Sequence record: MH051915
DNA: 64,000 bases
From: Enterobacteria phage vB_EcoM_IME339
Strand: one strand, 5' to 3'
How positions within the stretch are numbered: the stretch's first letter is position 1; each line of letters opens with the position of its first letter. The position numbers and the translations under genes were made by a program. The notes below the pieces were generated by a model. That model was not told the origin of the DNA, searched no databases, and saw only the letters and a list, made by a program, of their open reading frames with translations. Shown here piece by piece: positions 8,939 through 17,863 of the stretch.

Positions 8939-9402
8939 TTGTAAAATATATCAAGGGCGATATTGTCGCCCTTTTCGCTGAAGGTAAAAATATTGCGCAT
9001 GGATGCAATTGTTTTCATACTATGGGTTCAGGCGTAGCGGGTCAATTAACCAAAGCTTTCCCTAAAATTTTGGAAGCTGATAAATTACAGACTGAATGGG
9101 GTGATGTAACTAAACTTGGTTCTTACTCAGTCTATGAAAAATACTTTAGGACTCATAAAGCGTATTGCTTCAACCTTTATACTCAATTTCAACCAGGGCC
9201 AAATTTTGAGTATTCCGCTTTAATGAATTGTATGTTAGAATTAAATGAGTTTGGTGAAAATAAACTGATTAAACCTACAATCTATATGCCTAGGATTGGT
9301 GCAGGCATAGGTAAAGGGAACTGGGATATTATTGAGGGGATTTTAGATACATATTCCTCTAAATTAGAAATTGTGATTGTTGATTGGGAACCATTATTAT
9401 GA
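8935..9402 (+). CDS. macro-domain-like protein (155 aa)
   Basis: KGDIV...IAHGCNCFHTMGSGVAGQL and PRIGAGIGKGNW resemble macro-domain ADP-ribose-binding motifs. Confidence 0.55.
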   Translation: MIVKYIKGDIVALFAEGKNIAHGCNCFHTMGSGVAGQLTKAFPKILEADKLQTEWGDVTKLGSYSVYEKYFRTHKAYCFNLYTQFQPGPNFEYSALMNCMLELNEFGENKLIKPTIYMPRIGAGIGKGNWDIIEGILDTYSSKLEIVIVDWEPLL

Positions 9403-9611
9403 ATATACATTATCCACATCCATATGACCCAAAGAATAAGGCAGTAATTATTCGTCAATGGGAACGCATTTGCCGTACTAAATGCCCAATTAATAGTCCA
9501 CATGACGTAGATAAAGACTACATTGGAACATTCGTTGAATATACCTTTATTGATAAGAAAGGTCGTAAACAGCATGTAGAAGAATACTGCTTAAAGGTTA
9601 CATGGTTATGA
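9399..9611 (+). CDS. hypothetical protein (70 aa)
   Basis: ORF track 9384..9611; ATG 9399 overlaps upstream stop. Confidence 0.45.
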   Translation: MNIHYPHPYDPKNKAVIIRQWERICRTKCPINSPHDVDKDYIGTFVEYTFIDKKGRKQHVEEYCLKVTWL

Positions 9612-9814
9612 GCCAAACTAGTATTCTTAAAAATGCCCATTGTGAAAAGTGTAAATGGCCAGTTGTTTTTGCTTTATGCAACGATGAAATGGCTTGTGAT
9701 TTCGATTATTGGTGCTATTGTTCTAATAAAGGATGCATCAATCATAAAGGTGAAGGATTTTATTCGGGATTTTATCCTTATCCAGATTTCGTTAAAGAAG
9801 GTAAACCGAAATGA
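9608..9814 (+). CDS. Cys-rich small protein (68 aa), possible zinc binder
   Basis: CEKCKW...CNDEMACDFDYWCYCSNKGC. Confidence 0.45.
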   Translation: MSQTSILKNAHCEKCKWPVVFALCNDEMACDFDYWCYCSNKGCINHKGEGFYSGFYPYPDFVKEGKPK

Positions 9815-9984
9815 ATAGTTCTGAGTTACAGTATGAAGTGTTACGTGAGCTTGATAATTTAATTGAACTCGCTGTCAATAAAGGTTTTGCCATTGGAATC
9901 GGTCAAAAAGATACTGGTCATTTAACTATGGAAATATTTAAGCAAAAGCGAATTATTTTAAAACTCCTGGAAATTAATATATGA
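9811..9984 (+). CDS. hypothetical protein (57 aa)
   Basis: Hand-translated ORF below ORF-track cutoff; overlapping junctions both ends. Confidence 0.35.
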   Translation: MNSSELQYEVLRELDNLIELAVNKGFAIGIGQKDTGHLTMEIFKQKRIILKLLEINI

Positions 9985-10166
9985 GTCTGAGTAAAGAACA
10001 AAAAGATAAATTGTTTGAGCTTATCCATGAACTTCTAGATGAGCATACAGAAGCAAACACCTTTTATGATGAATACGGCCCGCTATCTCCCGAACAGCAA
10101 GAAGAATTTGCTGATCGGTTTGATAAGAAAGAAAACGAATTAATAGCTTATGTGAATACGCTTTAA
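9981..10166 (+). CDS. hypothetical acidic protein (61 aa)
   Basis: ORF track; start overlaps upstream stop. Confidence 0.45.
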   Translation: MSLSKEQKDKLFELIHELLDEHTEANTFYDEYGPLSPEQQEEFADRFDKKENELIAYVNTL

Positions 10167-10175
10167 GAAGGTGAT

Positions 10176-10757
10176 ATGGCGAGTTTAATTTTTACTTATG
10201 CAGCAATGAATGCTGGAAAATCTGCTTCTCTTTTGACTGCTGCGCATAATTATAAAGAGCGCGGAATGAGTGTATTAGTTCTTAAGCCTGCTATTGATAC
10301 TCGCGATTCTGTCTGTGAAGTCGTTTCTCGCATTGGAATTAAGCAGGAAGCAAATATTATTACAGATGATATGGATATTTTCGAGTTCTATAAATGGGCT
10401 GAAGCACAAAAAGATATTCATTGCGTATTTGTAGATGAAGCCCAGTTTTTAAAAACTGAACAGGTGCATCAATTGAGCCGAATTGTTGATACATATAATG
10501 TTCCTGTTATGGCCTATGGTCTAAGGACTGATTTCGCCGGAAAATTATTTGAAGGTTCTAAAGAACTTTTGGCGATTGCAGATAAACTTATTGAACTAAA
10601 GGCAGTTTGTCATTGTGGTAAAAAAGCTATTATGACAGCTCGATTAATGGAAGATGGAACACCCGTTAAAGAAGGTAATCAAATCTGTATTGGTGATGAA
10701 ATTTATGTTTCTTTGTGTAGAAAACATTGGAATGAATTAACTAAAAAGCTCGGTTAG
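10176..10757 (+). CDS. tk: thymidine kinase
   Basis: 193 aa; P-loop AMNAGKS; C-terminal Cys cluster; matches T4 Tk length. Confidence 0.95.
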   Translation: MASLIFTYAAMNAGKSASLLTAAHNYKERGMSVLVLKPAIDTRDSVCEVVSRIGIKQEANIITDDMDIFEFYKWAEAQKDIHCVFVDEAQFLKTEQVHQLSRIVDTYNVPVMAYGLRTDFAGKLFEGSKELLAIADKLIELKAVCHCGKKAIMTARLMEDGTPVKEGNQICIGDEIYVSLCRKHWNELTKKLG

Positions 10758-10766
10758 TGCAAAAGT

Positions 10767-10774
10767 TATAAATA
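10767..10774 (+). promoter_or_regulatory. late-promoter motif TATAAATA
   Basis: Exact TATAAATA about 26 nt upstream of ORF 10800. Confidence 0.5.
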
Positions 10775-10799
10775 GGTTTATCTAACTAAAGGGGTATAT

Positions 10800-11012
10800 A
10801 TGCTACAATTAACTGAAAAGCAACTTCGCAATCTTACTGTTCTTCAATTAGATGAAATTCGTAGGGAAGTTGGAAATATCATTTCAGCTTTGCGTCGAGA
10901 AGTATCACTCAACCAATCTCCGGCAGACTATACTAGATTGCGAAATTTTGAAAAATACCTTGATAAAGTTAAGGCCGTGCATCGGCATAAAGTAAATACA
11001 GGACAAAAATGA
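10800..11012 (+). CDS. hypothetical protein (70 aa; rI.1 position)
   Basis: ORF downstream of late-promoter motif. Confidence 0.5.
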
Positions 11013-11024
11013 TAGGAGGCCTTT

Positions 11025-11318
11025 ATGGCCTTAAAAGCAACGGCACTATTTGCCATGCTAGGATTAGCGTTTGCTTTATCTCCACCGATTGAAGCGAATG
11101 TCGATCCTCATTTTGATAAATTTATGGAATCTGGTATTAGACACGTTTATATGCTTTTTGAAAACAAAAGCGTAGAATCATCTGAACAGTTCTATAGTTT
11201 TATGCGAACGACTTATAAAAATGACCCGTGCTCTTCCGATTTTGAATGTATAGAGCGAGGCGCGGAGATGGCACAATCATACGCTAGAATTATGAACATT
11301 AAATTGGAGACTGAATGA
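11025..11318 (+). CDS. rI: lysis-inhibition regulator rI-like protein
   Basis: 97 aa with N-terminal signal-anchor (MALKATALFAMLGLAFALS); matches T4 rI size and map position. Confidence 0.7.
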   Translation: MALKATALFAMLGLAFALSPPIEANVDPHFDKFMESGIRHVYMLFENKSVESSEQFYSFMRTTYKNDPCSSDFECIERGAEMAQSYARIMNIKLETE

Positions 11319-11701
11319 AATTCAGCGACTTTTCACAAAGTGGAAAACCTTCAAAGGCAGATGAATACTTAGGTTTATTAATGGCTGCACAAGCTTATTT
11401 TCATTCTGCGCATTTTGAAACTAAAAATTATGCTAGACACAAAGCATACGATTTTATTTTCTCCGAGTTGCCAGATTTGATTGATAAATTTGGTGAGCAA
11501 TATTTGGGGTATTCTGGTAGAAAATACACGCCGTCAATTCCGGATGCCAGTAAACTTCCTACCGACACAATTAAAATGATTGATCGTATACTAGACCAAT
11601 CTGACAGCATTTACAAAGAAATGCCTCCAGCCATTCAAAGCACGATAGATGATATTACTGGAATGTTTTACCAGAGTAAGTATCTTCTTTCCCTCGAATA
11701 A
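11315..11701 (+). CDS. hypothetical protein (128 aa; rI.-1 position)
   Basis: ORF overlapping rI stop; followed by terminator. Confidence 0.55.
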   Translation: MKFSDFSQSGKPSKADEYLGLLMAAQAYFHSAHFETKNYARHKAYDFIFSELPDLIDKFGEQYLGYSGRKYTPSIPDASKLPTDTIKMIDRILDQSDSIYKEMPPAIQSTIDDITGMFYQSKYLLSLE

Positions 11702-11705
11702 CATT

Positions 11706-11727
11706 AGTCTCCTTCGGGAGACTTTTT
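11706..11727 (+). terminator. intrinsic terminator (gtctccTTCGggagac + T6)
   Basis: Perfect hairpin and T-run. Confidence 0.7.
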
Positions 11728-11734
11728 TCATTTT

Positions 11735-11799
11735 ACCGGTTTACTTTCCATTTGAGCTGTGATACTATACAACCATCGGATAAAGAGGAGAACATCATG
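11735..11799 (+). promoter_or_regulatory. diverged copy of the promoter-leader cassette
   Basis: GTTTAC ... 'gatactatacaaccatcgg' ... GAGGAG ... ATG 11797; related to copies 1-5. Confidence 0.45.
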
Positions 11800-11985
11800 A
11801 AAATTGAAGCACTTAATCAAGAAGGAAATATCTACGTCATCATTAATGGTGATTTTTTCGTCGACATGGATGAAGTTACTAGTGAAGAACTTGTAGAACT
11901 TCTTAAGAAACGCTATGATATGTGTGATGAAGCTGCAACTCATATGGCGTGTGCAATATTCTCTCTTTCATATGTGGTGGAATAA
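11797..11985 (+). CDS. hypothetical protein (62 aa)
   Basis: ORF track 11752..11985; ATG 11797 behind SD. Confidence 0.4.
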   Translation: MKIEALNQEGNIYVIINGDFFVDMDEVTSEELVELLKKRYDMCDEAATHMACAIFSLSYVVE

Positions 11986-12167
11986 TGATTAGTATCGAAC
12001 AAGCAGATAAAATTAAAGAATTGGTAGCTTTAATTCGCAAAGCAGATGAGGAACGCGTTAACTTTGCCTTATCAGGTATTGAAGAATTTGAAGCTAAAGT
12101 TGATAATGCTTTAGAAGCTTTAGATATGTTTCTTGATGAAATTATCGATCATAATACGAGAGTTTAA
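11985..12167 (+). CDS. hypothetical protein (60 aa)
   Basis: ORF track 11949..12167; ATG overlaps stop (TAATG). Confidence 0.4.
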   Translation: MISIEQADKIKELVALIRKADEERVNFALSGIEEFEAKVDNALEALDMFLDEIIDHNTRV

Positions 12168-12169
12168 GT

Positions 12170-12364
12170 ATGCTAACACGTGAACAGTTTGAAAAAATCA
12201 TTAAATTAGCACGTGATATTGAAATAGATTCATACCAATTGGCAGTTGAGCATTGTGAAGGATATTCATACGATGGTATAGAAGCAGCTAAAAAGGATTT
12301 GGATAAATCCAAAGCTAAGTTAGTTCAATATCTTGAAATGATTAGGTGGAATAATGAAAACTGA
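12170..12364 (+). CDS. hypothetical protein (64 aa)
   Basis: ORF track. Confidence 0.45.
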   Translation: MLTREQFEKIIKLARDIEIDSYQLAVEHCEGYSYDGIEAAKKDLDKSKAKLVQYLEMIRWNNEN

Positions 12365-12527
12365 AAAGCAGATGTTTTTAATGAAGCTAATTGAAGAATA
12401 TGCTAACGCAGTTTCTGACTATGAGTATTCTGCTCGGGAAAGAGGTACAGCTTTCGCAAAGGAAGAAATGAAAATCATGGTTGATGCTCACACAAAGCTT
12501 CAGAATTTTATTGAAAACGTCATTTAA
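12354..12527 (+). CDS. hypothetical protein (57 aa)
   Basis: Hand-translated, below cutoff; overlaps upstream gene end. Confidence 0.35.
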   Translation: MKTEKQMFLMKLIEEYANAVSDYEYSARERGTAFAKEEMKIMVDAHTKLQNFIENVI

Positions 12528-12529
12528 TA

Positions 12530-12559
12530 GTTTACAGGTTGGCAAGGTTATGGTATAGT
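12530..12559 (+). promoter_or_regulatory. early promoter
   Basis: GTTTAC, 18-nt spacer, TATAGT; inverted repeat just downstream. Confidence 0.5.
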
Positions 12560-12694
12560 AATCTTGTCAACTGTCAAGGAGAAGAGAATGAAAGTTTTGT
12601 TTGTTGTGTATGTGATGATTCAATATAATTACCCAATGTTTACTTATAATCTGGTGAACAACATTATTGATATTATTCAAAGGAGTATGTAATT

Positions 12695-13252
12695 GTGAGT
12701 GAGTCGAAGAGAATCAATATGAAACGATTGGTATTAGAAGTTAGTCCGCTTTTTGGCGAATTGGCTATAGAAAAAGTAAATAATATGTATCGTTTGACGC
12801 AAGAAGACGATATGCTATATTTTACGCCCAGTGAAATCATTCATTTAACCCAAATTGAAAATCCTTATACTGATAAAATTGTAAGCATTAATGATGAGCA
12901 TAAAATTCATTTTTATTCTTCATGCCCAGGATTTAATATTGAAAGCGAGTCAATATGCTTATCAGTTATCCATTGGGACAGTTTTATAGATAAGATTAAA
13001 TATTTTTATTATTCTAATGAAAGAAAACATAGTTTAAAATGGTTTAAAAATTGCAATGCTATTATTACTAACGCTTGCAATCAGAATGATGAAACTGTTT
13101 TAAACGTATCAAAATGTTATGAAGATGGAGACGTCTTAACTATTCGTCAAATTGACGATTTTCGATCGCATATTGTCACATTTACCAAAGACGAAGCTAT
13201 TGCGCTAAAGACTTATCTTGATTCTGTCATTCCAACTATGATTTCAAAGTGA
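12695..13252 (+). CDS. hypothetical protein (185 aa), paralog of next ORF
   Basis: GTG start behind AGGAG; C-terminus ...TKDEAIALKTYLDSVIPTM matches next ORF. Confidence 0.55.
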   Translation: MSESKRINMKRLVLEVSPLFGELAIEKVNNMYRLTQEDDMLYFTPSEIIHLTQIENPYTDKIVSINDEHKIHFYSSCPGFNIESESICLSVIHWDSFIDKIKYFYYSNERKHSLKWFKNCNAIITNACNQNDETVLNVSKCYEDGDVLTIRQIDDFRSHIVTFTKDEAIALKTYLDSVIPTMISK

Positions 13253-13258
13253 GGAAAT

Positions 13259-13780
13259 ATGTTTATTTCAAGTGGAAGTGGTTTAATTCGTGTTGAATTT
13301 AAAAATGACATCTTCCTTATTCAAGGAGACGATATTATTAAAATGAGTTATGATGAAATTAAGAAAATTTGTAATGCTCTTGAAAATCATGGAAAGGTGA
13401 ATGCTGTCATTGATATTGGCGATTTATGGGTGACACTTTATGAAGTATCCGAAGGATTTAACATTGAAGATGAAAACAACATCTTAGCTATTGATAAAAG
13501 AAGCGATTTGTTTGATGTGTTAAAAGTTTATGAACAGTCAAACGGTGGAAGAAAAGCTGCATTGATTTATCAAAAACCACATTCATGTGGAACTGCTTCA
13601 ATTATTTCAGATATTGAAGATGAAACTGATACTTATATGTGTATTTTAAAAGCTGGTGGTGACCGTCATCCGGATTTTATTTCTATTCGTCAAAACAATG
13701 GAGAAATTTCATTATCAAAATCAGAAGCTGAAGCTATGATTAAGTATTTAACAACTGTTACACCTTCAATGAAAGGATGA
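13259..13780 (+). CDS. hypothetical protein (173 aa), paralog of previous ORF
   Basis: C-terminus ...SKSEAEAMIKYLTTVTPSM. Confidence 0.55.
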   Translation: MFISSGSGLIRVEFKNDIFLIQGDDIIKMSYDEIKKICNALENHGKVNAVIDIGDLWVTLYEVSEGFNIEDENNILAIDKRSDLFDVLKVYEQSNGGRKAALIYQKPHSCGTASIISDIEDETDTYMCILKAGGDRHPDFISIRQNNGEISLSKSEAEAMIKYLTTVTPSMKG

Positions 13781-14250
13781 TTATAATTATGGTTATTAAT
13801 GAAAACTCTTGGCATTATAAATTATTCAAAATGTTTAACGACGAATGGAAACGACCTAAGACACTGTGCGCGTATTTTTGGTCTATTGTTATCCCTACAT
13901 TTTTCGTTTCTTTATTCGGATGTACTATGCTCGCAGGTCTAACTATTATCTGCGCAGAAATCATACAGAAATGGCTTATTTTTGGTAGTTTATGGACTCT
14001 TATTCCATCAGCATTTATACTTGCCATTTTGCTTGTTTTACTTATTATTGGTTCATTTGTTATTCCTGCACAACTGCATGAAAAATATAAAGATTATAAA
14101 TGGAAAAAGGATTATGCTTTACATGTAGAAAATATTGATAGGGCGTATAAAGGTTTACCTCCTATTCAACCCAAGAAATCTATTATCGTCGAATTTTTAA
14201 AAGCGCGCAAAGCTAAAGTATGTCCTGTTATTGAATATAAGGCTGAATGA
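13777..14250 (+). CDS. integral membrane protein (157 aa)
   Basis: Several hydrophobic helices; ATGA-coupled to neighbours. Confidence 0.55.
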   Translation: MIIIMVINENSWHYKLFKMFNDEWKRPKTLCAYFWSIVIPTFFVSLFGCTMLAGLTIICAEIIQKWLIFGSLWTLIPSAFILAILLVLLIIGSFVIPAQLHEKYKDYKWKKDYALHVENIDRAYKGLPPIQPKKSIIVEFLKARKAKVCPVIEYKAE

Positions 14251-15260
14251 TGAAAACAGTAATGAAAAGCTATTTTGGTAGTCATCTTTATGGAACTTCT
14301 ACTCCAGAATCTGATGTAGATTTTAAAGAAATCTTTGTTCCTCCTGCTCGCGATATTCTTATCGGAAATGTTAAAGAGCATATGAGTAAAAACACTAACA
14401 ACACATCATCTAAAAACACTAAAGATGATATTGACCACGAACTATACAGTCTTAAGTATTTCTTTAAATTAGCAGCAGATGGTGAAACTGTAGCATTGGA
14501 TATGCTCCACACTCCACCTGAACTTGTAGTTAAATCTGATTTGCCTGATGTATGGAAGTTTATTCAAGATAATCGTTCTCGTTTTTATACGACTAACATG
14601 AAATCCTATTTAGGGTATGTTCGCAAGCAAGCTTCTAAATACGGTGTTAAGGGTTCTCGTTTGGCCGCATTACGTGATGTATTGAAAGTAGTTAATCAAA
14701 TCCCTGAGCAATGGGTTGATTACCAAGAAGACGGCTCCATTAAGCAGCGTCGCACTAAAGTTGAAGATATTAAGCATCGTCTTCCAGAGAACGAATTCTG
14801 TGAATGGGTATTCCATAATCATGAGAAAACAGGTCCACAAACGTTCTACACTGTGTTGGGTCGTAAATATCAAACAACGCTTTCTCTTATTGAGCTTAAG
14901 CAGTCACTGAATAAATTAGATGCTGAATACGGCGAACGTGCTCGTAAGGCTGAAGCGAATGAGGGCATCGACTGGAAAGCTCTGAGTCATGCTTGTCGTG
15001 GTGGACTCCAACTATTGGAAATTTACAAAACTGGTGACTTAGTCTATCCACTTCAAGACGCTCCATTTATTCTCGACGTGAAGTTGGGTAAACATCCATT
15101 TAAAACTGTTCAAGAGTTTTTGGAAGATGTGGTCGATCAAGTAGAAGCAGCATCCATTGAAGCTTCTAAGAACGGTATGCAGCAAAAAGTAGACATGGGT
15201 TTCTGGGATGACTTCCTTGAGAGGGTTTATCTTGAAAACCATCGAAGTTATTATAAATGA
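14247..15260 (+). CDS. nucleotidyltransferase-fold protein (Pol-beta superfamily motif)
   Basis: GSHLYGTSTPESDVDF (GS-x9-DxD) and downstream ALDML acidic residue. Confidence 0.6.
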   Translation: MMKTVMKSYFGSHLYGTSTPESDVDFKEIFVPPARDILIGNVKEHMSKNTNNTSSKNTKDDIDHELYSLKYFFKLAADGETVALDMLHTPPELVVKSDLPDVWKFIQDNRSRFYTTNMKSYLGYVRKQASKYGVKGSRLAALRDVLKVVNQIPEQWVDYQEDGSIKQRRTKVEDIKHRLPENEFCEWVFHNHEKTGPQTFYTVLGRKYQTTLSLIELKQSLNKLDAEYGERARKAEANEGIDWKALSHACRGGLQLLEIYKTGDLVYPLQDAPFILDVKLGKHPFKTVQEFLEDVVDQVEAASIEASKNGMQQKVDMGFWDDFLERVYLENHRSYYK

Positions 15261-15262
15261 TA

Positions 15263-15286
15263 GGGAGCCTTCGGGCTCCCTTTTTT
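15263..15286 (+). terminator. intrinsic terminator (gggagcCTTCGggctccc + T6)
   Basis: Perfect UUCG hairpin and T-run. Confidence 0.75.
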
Positions 15287-15296
15287 ATTTCAAAAT

Positions 15297-15377
15297 TTTT
15301 TCACAAAACGGTTTACAAGCATAAAGCTTTATGGTACTATACAACTATCAACTGATACGGATTTGGAGAATAAAATG
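15297..15377 (+). promoter_or_regulatory. repeated promoter-leader cassette, copy 2
   Basis: 'ttttcacaaaacggtttaca...ggtactatacaactatcaact...ttggagaataaaATG'. Confidence 0.6.
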
Positions 15378-16343
15378 AAAACTGTAACTATCAATAAGGG
15401 TATCTACTTCGGTAAAGAAATCTCTGGAACTTTTGAGCTCTTAGGCGAATGGTTCCCAGATAATGCTCCGGTAGATGCACAAGGAGATGGTAAAGTTTTT
15501 GTTGAAATTGACGGTAAACGTCGCGGTGTTTGGGTTTACAAATCAGATATTTCATATGATGGTGTAAAGGTTGAAGAAGTTAAAGAATCGTATGAAGATA
15601 TGAAAACCCGCATTAATAAAAGATTTAATGTTATGGGAATGATGACGAATGGTATTATTAATGGAAATATTCGTTCATTAATTATCTCTGGCGCAGCAGG
15701 TATTGGTAAAACGTATTCTTTAGATAAAGCTTTGAATAAAGCAAATGATATTGGATACATTGAATATAAAAGCATTAATGGTAAAATCTCTGGTATTGGT
15801 CTTTATGAGCAGCTTTGGAATAATCGTGAAGAGAATTCTGTCCTTTTGATTGATGATGTGGATGTTTTCTCTGATATGGACATTCTTAATCTTCTAAAAG
15901 CCGCTCTGGACACCGGAGAGACCCGTAAAGTCTGCTGGAGCACTGCGTCTTCTTACTTAGAAGAAAAAGGCATTGAGCGTGAGTTTGAATTTAAAGGAAC
16001 GATTGTTTTTATCACAAACGTTGACATTGACCGCGAATTAGACCGTGGTACTAAACTTGCTCCACACTTACAAGCATTAGTGTCCCGCTCGGTTTATTTA
16101 GATTTGGGTGTTCACACTAATGAAGAAATTATGGTCAGGGTTGAAGATGTTATTCTTTCAACTGACATGATGCAAAAGCGCGGTCTTTCTGATGAAGAAA
16201 CTTATAAAGCATTATCATGGATGAAAGTTAATGTTAATCGTTTACGCAATGTTTCACTGCGTACTGCTCTTTATCTTGCTGACTTTATTATGACCGATAA
16301 AAACGGTTGGGAAGAAATCGCTGAGGTTACTCTTCTGAAATAA
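15375..16343 (+). CDS. AAA/P-loop ATPase (322 aa)
   Basis: Walker A GAAGIGKT, Walker B VLLIDDVD; ATG 15375 after cassette SD. Confidence 0.6.
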   Translation: MKTVTINKGIYFGKEISGTFELLGEWFPDNAPVDAQGDGKVFVEIDGKRRGVWVYKSDISYDGVKVEEVKESYEDMKTRINKRFNVMGMMTNGIINGNIRSLIISGAAGIGKTYSLDKALNKANDIGYIEYKSINGKISGIGLYEQLWNNREENSVLLIDDVDVFSDMDILNLLKAALDTGETRKVCWSTASSYLEEKGIEREFEFKGTIVFITNVDIDRELDRGTKLAPHLQALVSRSVYLDLGVHTNEEIMVRVEDVILSTDMMQKRGLSDEETYKALSWMKVNVNRLRNVSLRTALYLADFIMTDKNGWEEIAEVTLLK

Positions 16344-16444
16344 TTCATAAGAGGACTTCTATGACAAAAAGGCAGTTCAGAAATAGATTATATGGACTGC
16401 CATTAAAAAGATGACTAGAATTAAACTGGTGAATGGAGGTAGTG

Positions 16445-16747
16445 ATGTTATACTCAAAGGCTCGTGAAATTTACGAAACTAAAATTAAAGAAGCAGTATT
16501 TCAGTTCGCAACGACAATGCGATGGACAAATGACTGGGAGTATTCAAAAAATCATAAGAAGCCCATGGTGACAAGAAAGGCTCATATGTTAGTGTTAATA
16601 GACCGTGAGCAGATTAAAGCCCGAGAAGCCCTCCAGAATCATAAAAAGGCTGCCTTTGAATGGTTTATGGATAACACTGCTCCTGAGACCAAGAAAGCGG
16701 TAAGTGCATGGTTCAGTGGAAAAAATTGTGAAAGAAGTTTCTTTTAG
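16445..16747 (+). CDS. hypothetical protein (100 aa)
   Basis: ORF track 16433; ATG 16445 behind GGAGG. Confidence 0.45.
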   Translation: MLYSKAREIYETKIKEAVFQFATTMRWTNDWEYSKNHKKPMVTRKAHMLVLIDREQIKAREALQNHKKAAFEWFMDNTAPETKKAVSAWFSGKNCERSFF

Positions 16748-16810
16748 TGGTTTACAAGACTGTTCCTCTGTGGTACTATACAACTATCAACTACGGAGGA
16801 ACACAAAATG
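16748..16810 (+). promoter_or_regulatory. repeated promoter-leader cassette, copy 3 (shortened leader)
   Basis: GTTTACA ... 'tggtactatacaactatcaactacggagga' ... ATG 16808. Confidence 0.55.
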
Positions 16811-17335
16811 AACGCTAAAGATATTTTCAACTTGGTAAATTACAACGATGGTAAATTTAAATCTGAAGCGCAAAGCAAGTTCTTTAACGACATCTCAATC
16901 GGAGGTGAAATCACTGTTGATGGAGGACAAATTTACAAATCCCGTTGGAATTGGATCGTTATTATTGATGAGATCGGTATTGTAGAAATTTACAAAAATA
17001 CGAATAAAAATCGTACATTGCACTGGTCTCGTGATACTAACGAACAGTACAAAAAGGATAAAGCATCTAAATTATCTCGTGTAACTCAAGAAGATATTGA
17101 GTTCATCAAGAAAGATATTTTAATGTATGATAATTTAATTGCTGAAGAGCAAGCTGTTATTGATAAATTTGACGAGATTAAAGCTTCTCGTGAAATTCCT
17201 GATTTTATGAAAGAATCGGTAAATGAACGATACACTCTCATTTCAGAGCGTATTGAAACTTACAAAAAGCAAAGAGCTGAACGCCAAAATACTCTTCGGA
17301 AGTTTGAAGAACGGTTAAAGACGGTACTCGCATAA
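16808..17335 (+). CDS. hypothetical protein (175 aa)
   Basis: ORF immediately behind cassette copy 3. Confidence 0.5.
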   Translation: MNAKDIFNLVNYNDGKFKSEAQSKFFNDISIGGEITVDGGQIYKSRWNWIVIIDEIGIVEIYKNTNKNRTLHWSRDTNEQYKKDKASKLSRVTQEDIEFIKKDILMYDNLIAEEQAVIDKFDEIKASREIPDFMKESVNERYTLISERIETYKKQRAERQNTLRKFEERLKTVLA

Positions 17336-17390
17336 CCGCTTTATACCAAGGATGGTATAATGGTTCTAAGCCCTTTTAATTGAGATTATT

Positions 17391-17798
17391 ATGAAACAGT
17401 TGATAATTAAAAGATTGAATTTATTGATATGTTGTTTATGTGTAGTAGTTGCATATGGTTATTACGCAATTAATGATTATATGCATTATAAAGATTATGA
17501 TGTTACTGTAGTTAATACCATTACAGGAACACAAGGAAAAGGGTCTAGTTTATCGTTTATTGCCGTATATGAACTCAAAGATGGTTATAGATTTGGTGAA
17601 TATATTTCCCCAGAGATGTATTCTTCAATAGAAAAAGGTGATAATATTACTGTAAGTTTACGTCCTTTCGACGTAAAACAGACATGGTTTGATAATATTG
17701 TTTGGTTCTTTGGAATGGTATTAGTTCAATCTGTGTGTGGTGCTTATATAGTCTGTTCCATCTTATTCTGTATATTTAGTAAAATTGAAATTGAGTGA
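17391..17798 (+). CDS. membrane protein (135 aa)
   Basis: N- and C-terminal hydrophobic helices; -10-like TATAAT upstream. Confidence 0.5.
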   Translation: MKQLIIKRLNLLICCLCVVVAYGYYAINDYMHYKDYDVTVVNTITGTQGKGSSLSFIAVYELKDGYRFGEYISPEMYSSIEKGDNITVSLRPFDVKQTWFDNIVWFFGMVLVQSVCGAYIVCSILFCIFSKIEIE

Positions 17799-17863
17799 GG
17801 AAAATATGTCAGTAGTAATTAATAATGTCAATGCAGTAATTAAATCTTTAGTTAATAAAAAAA

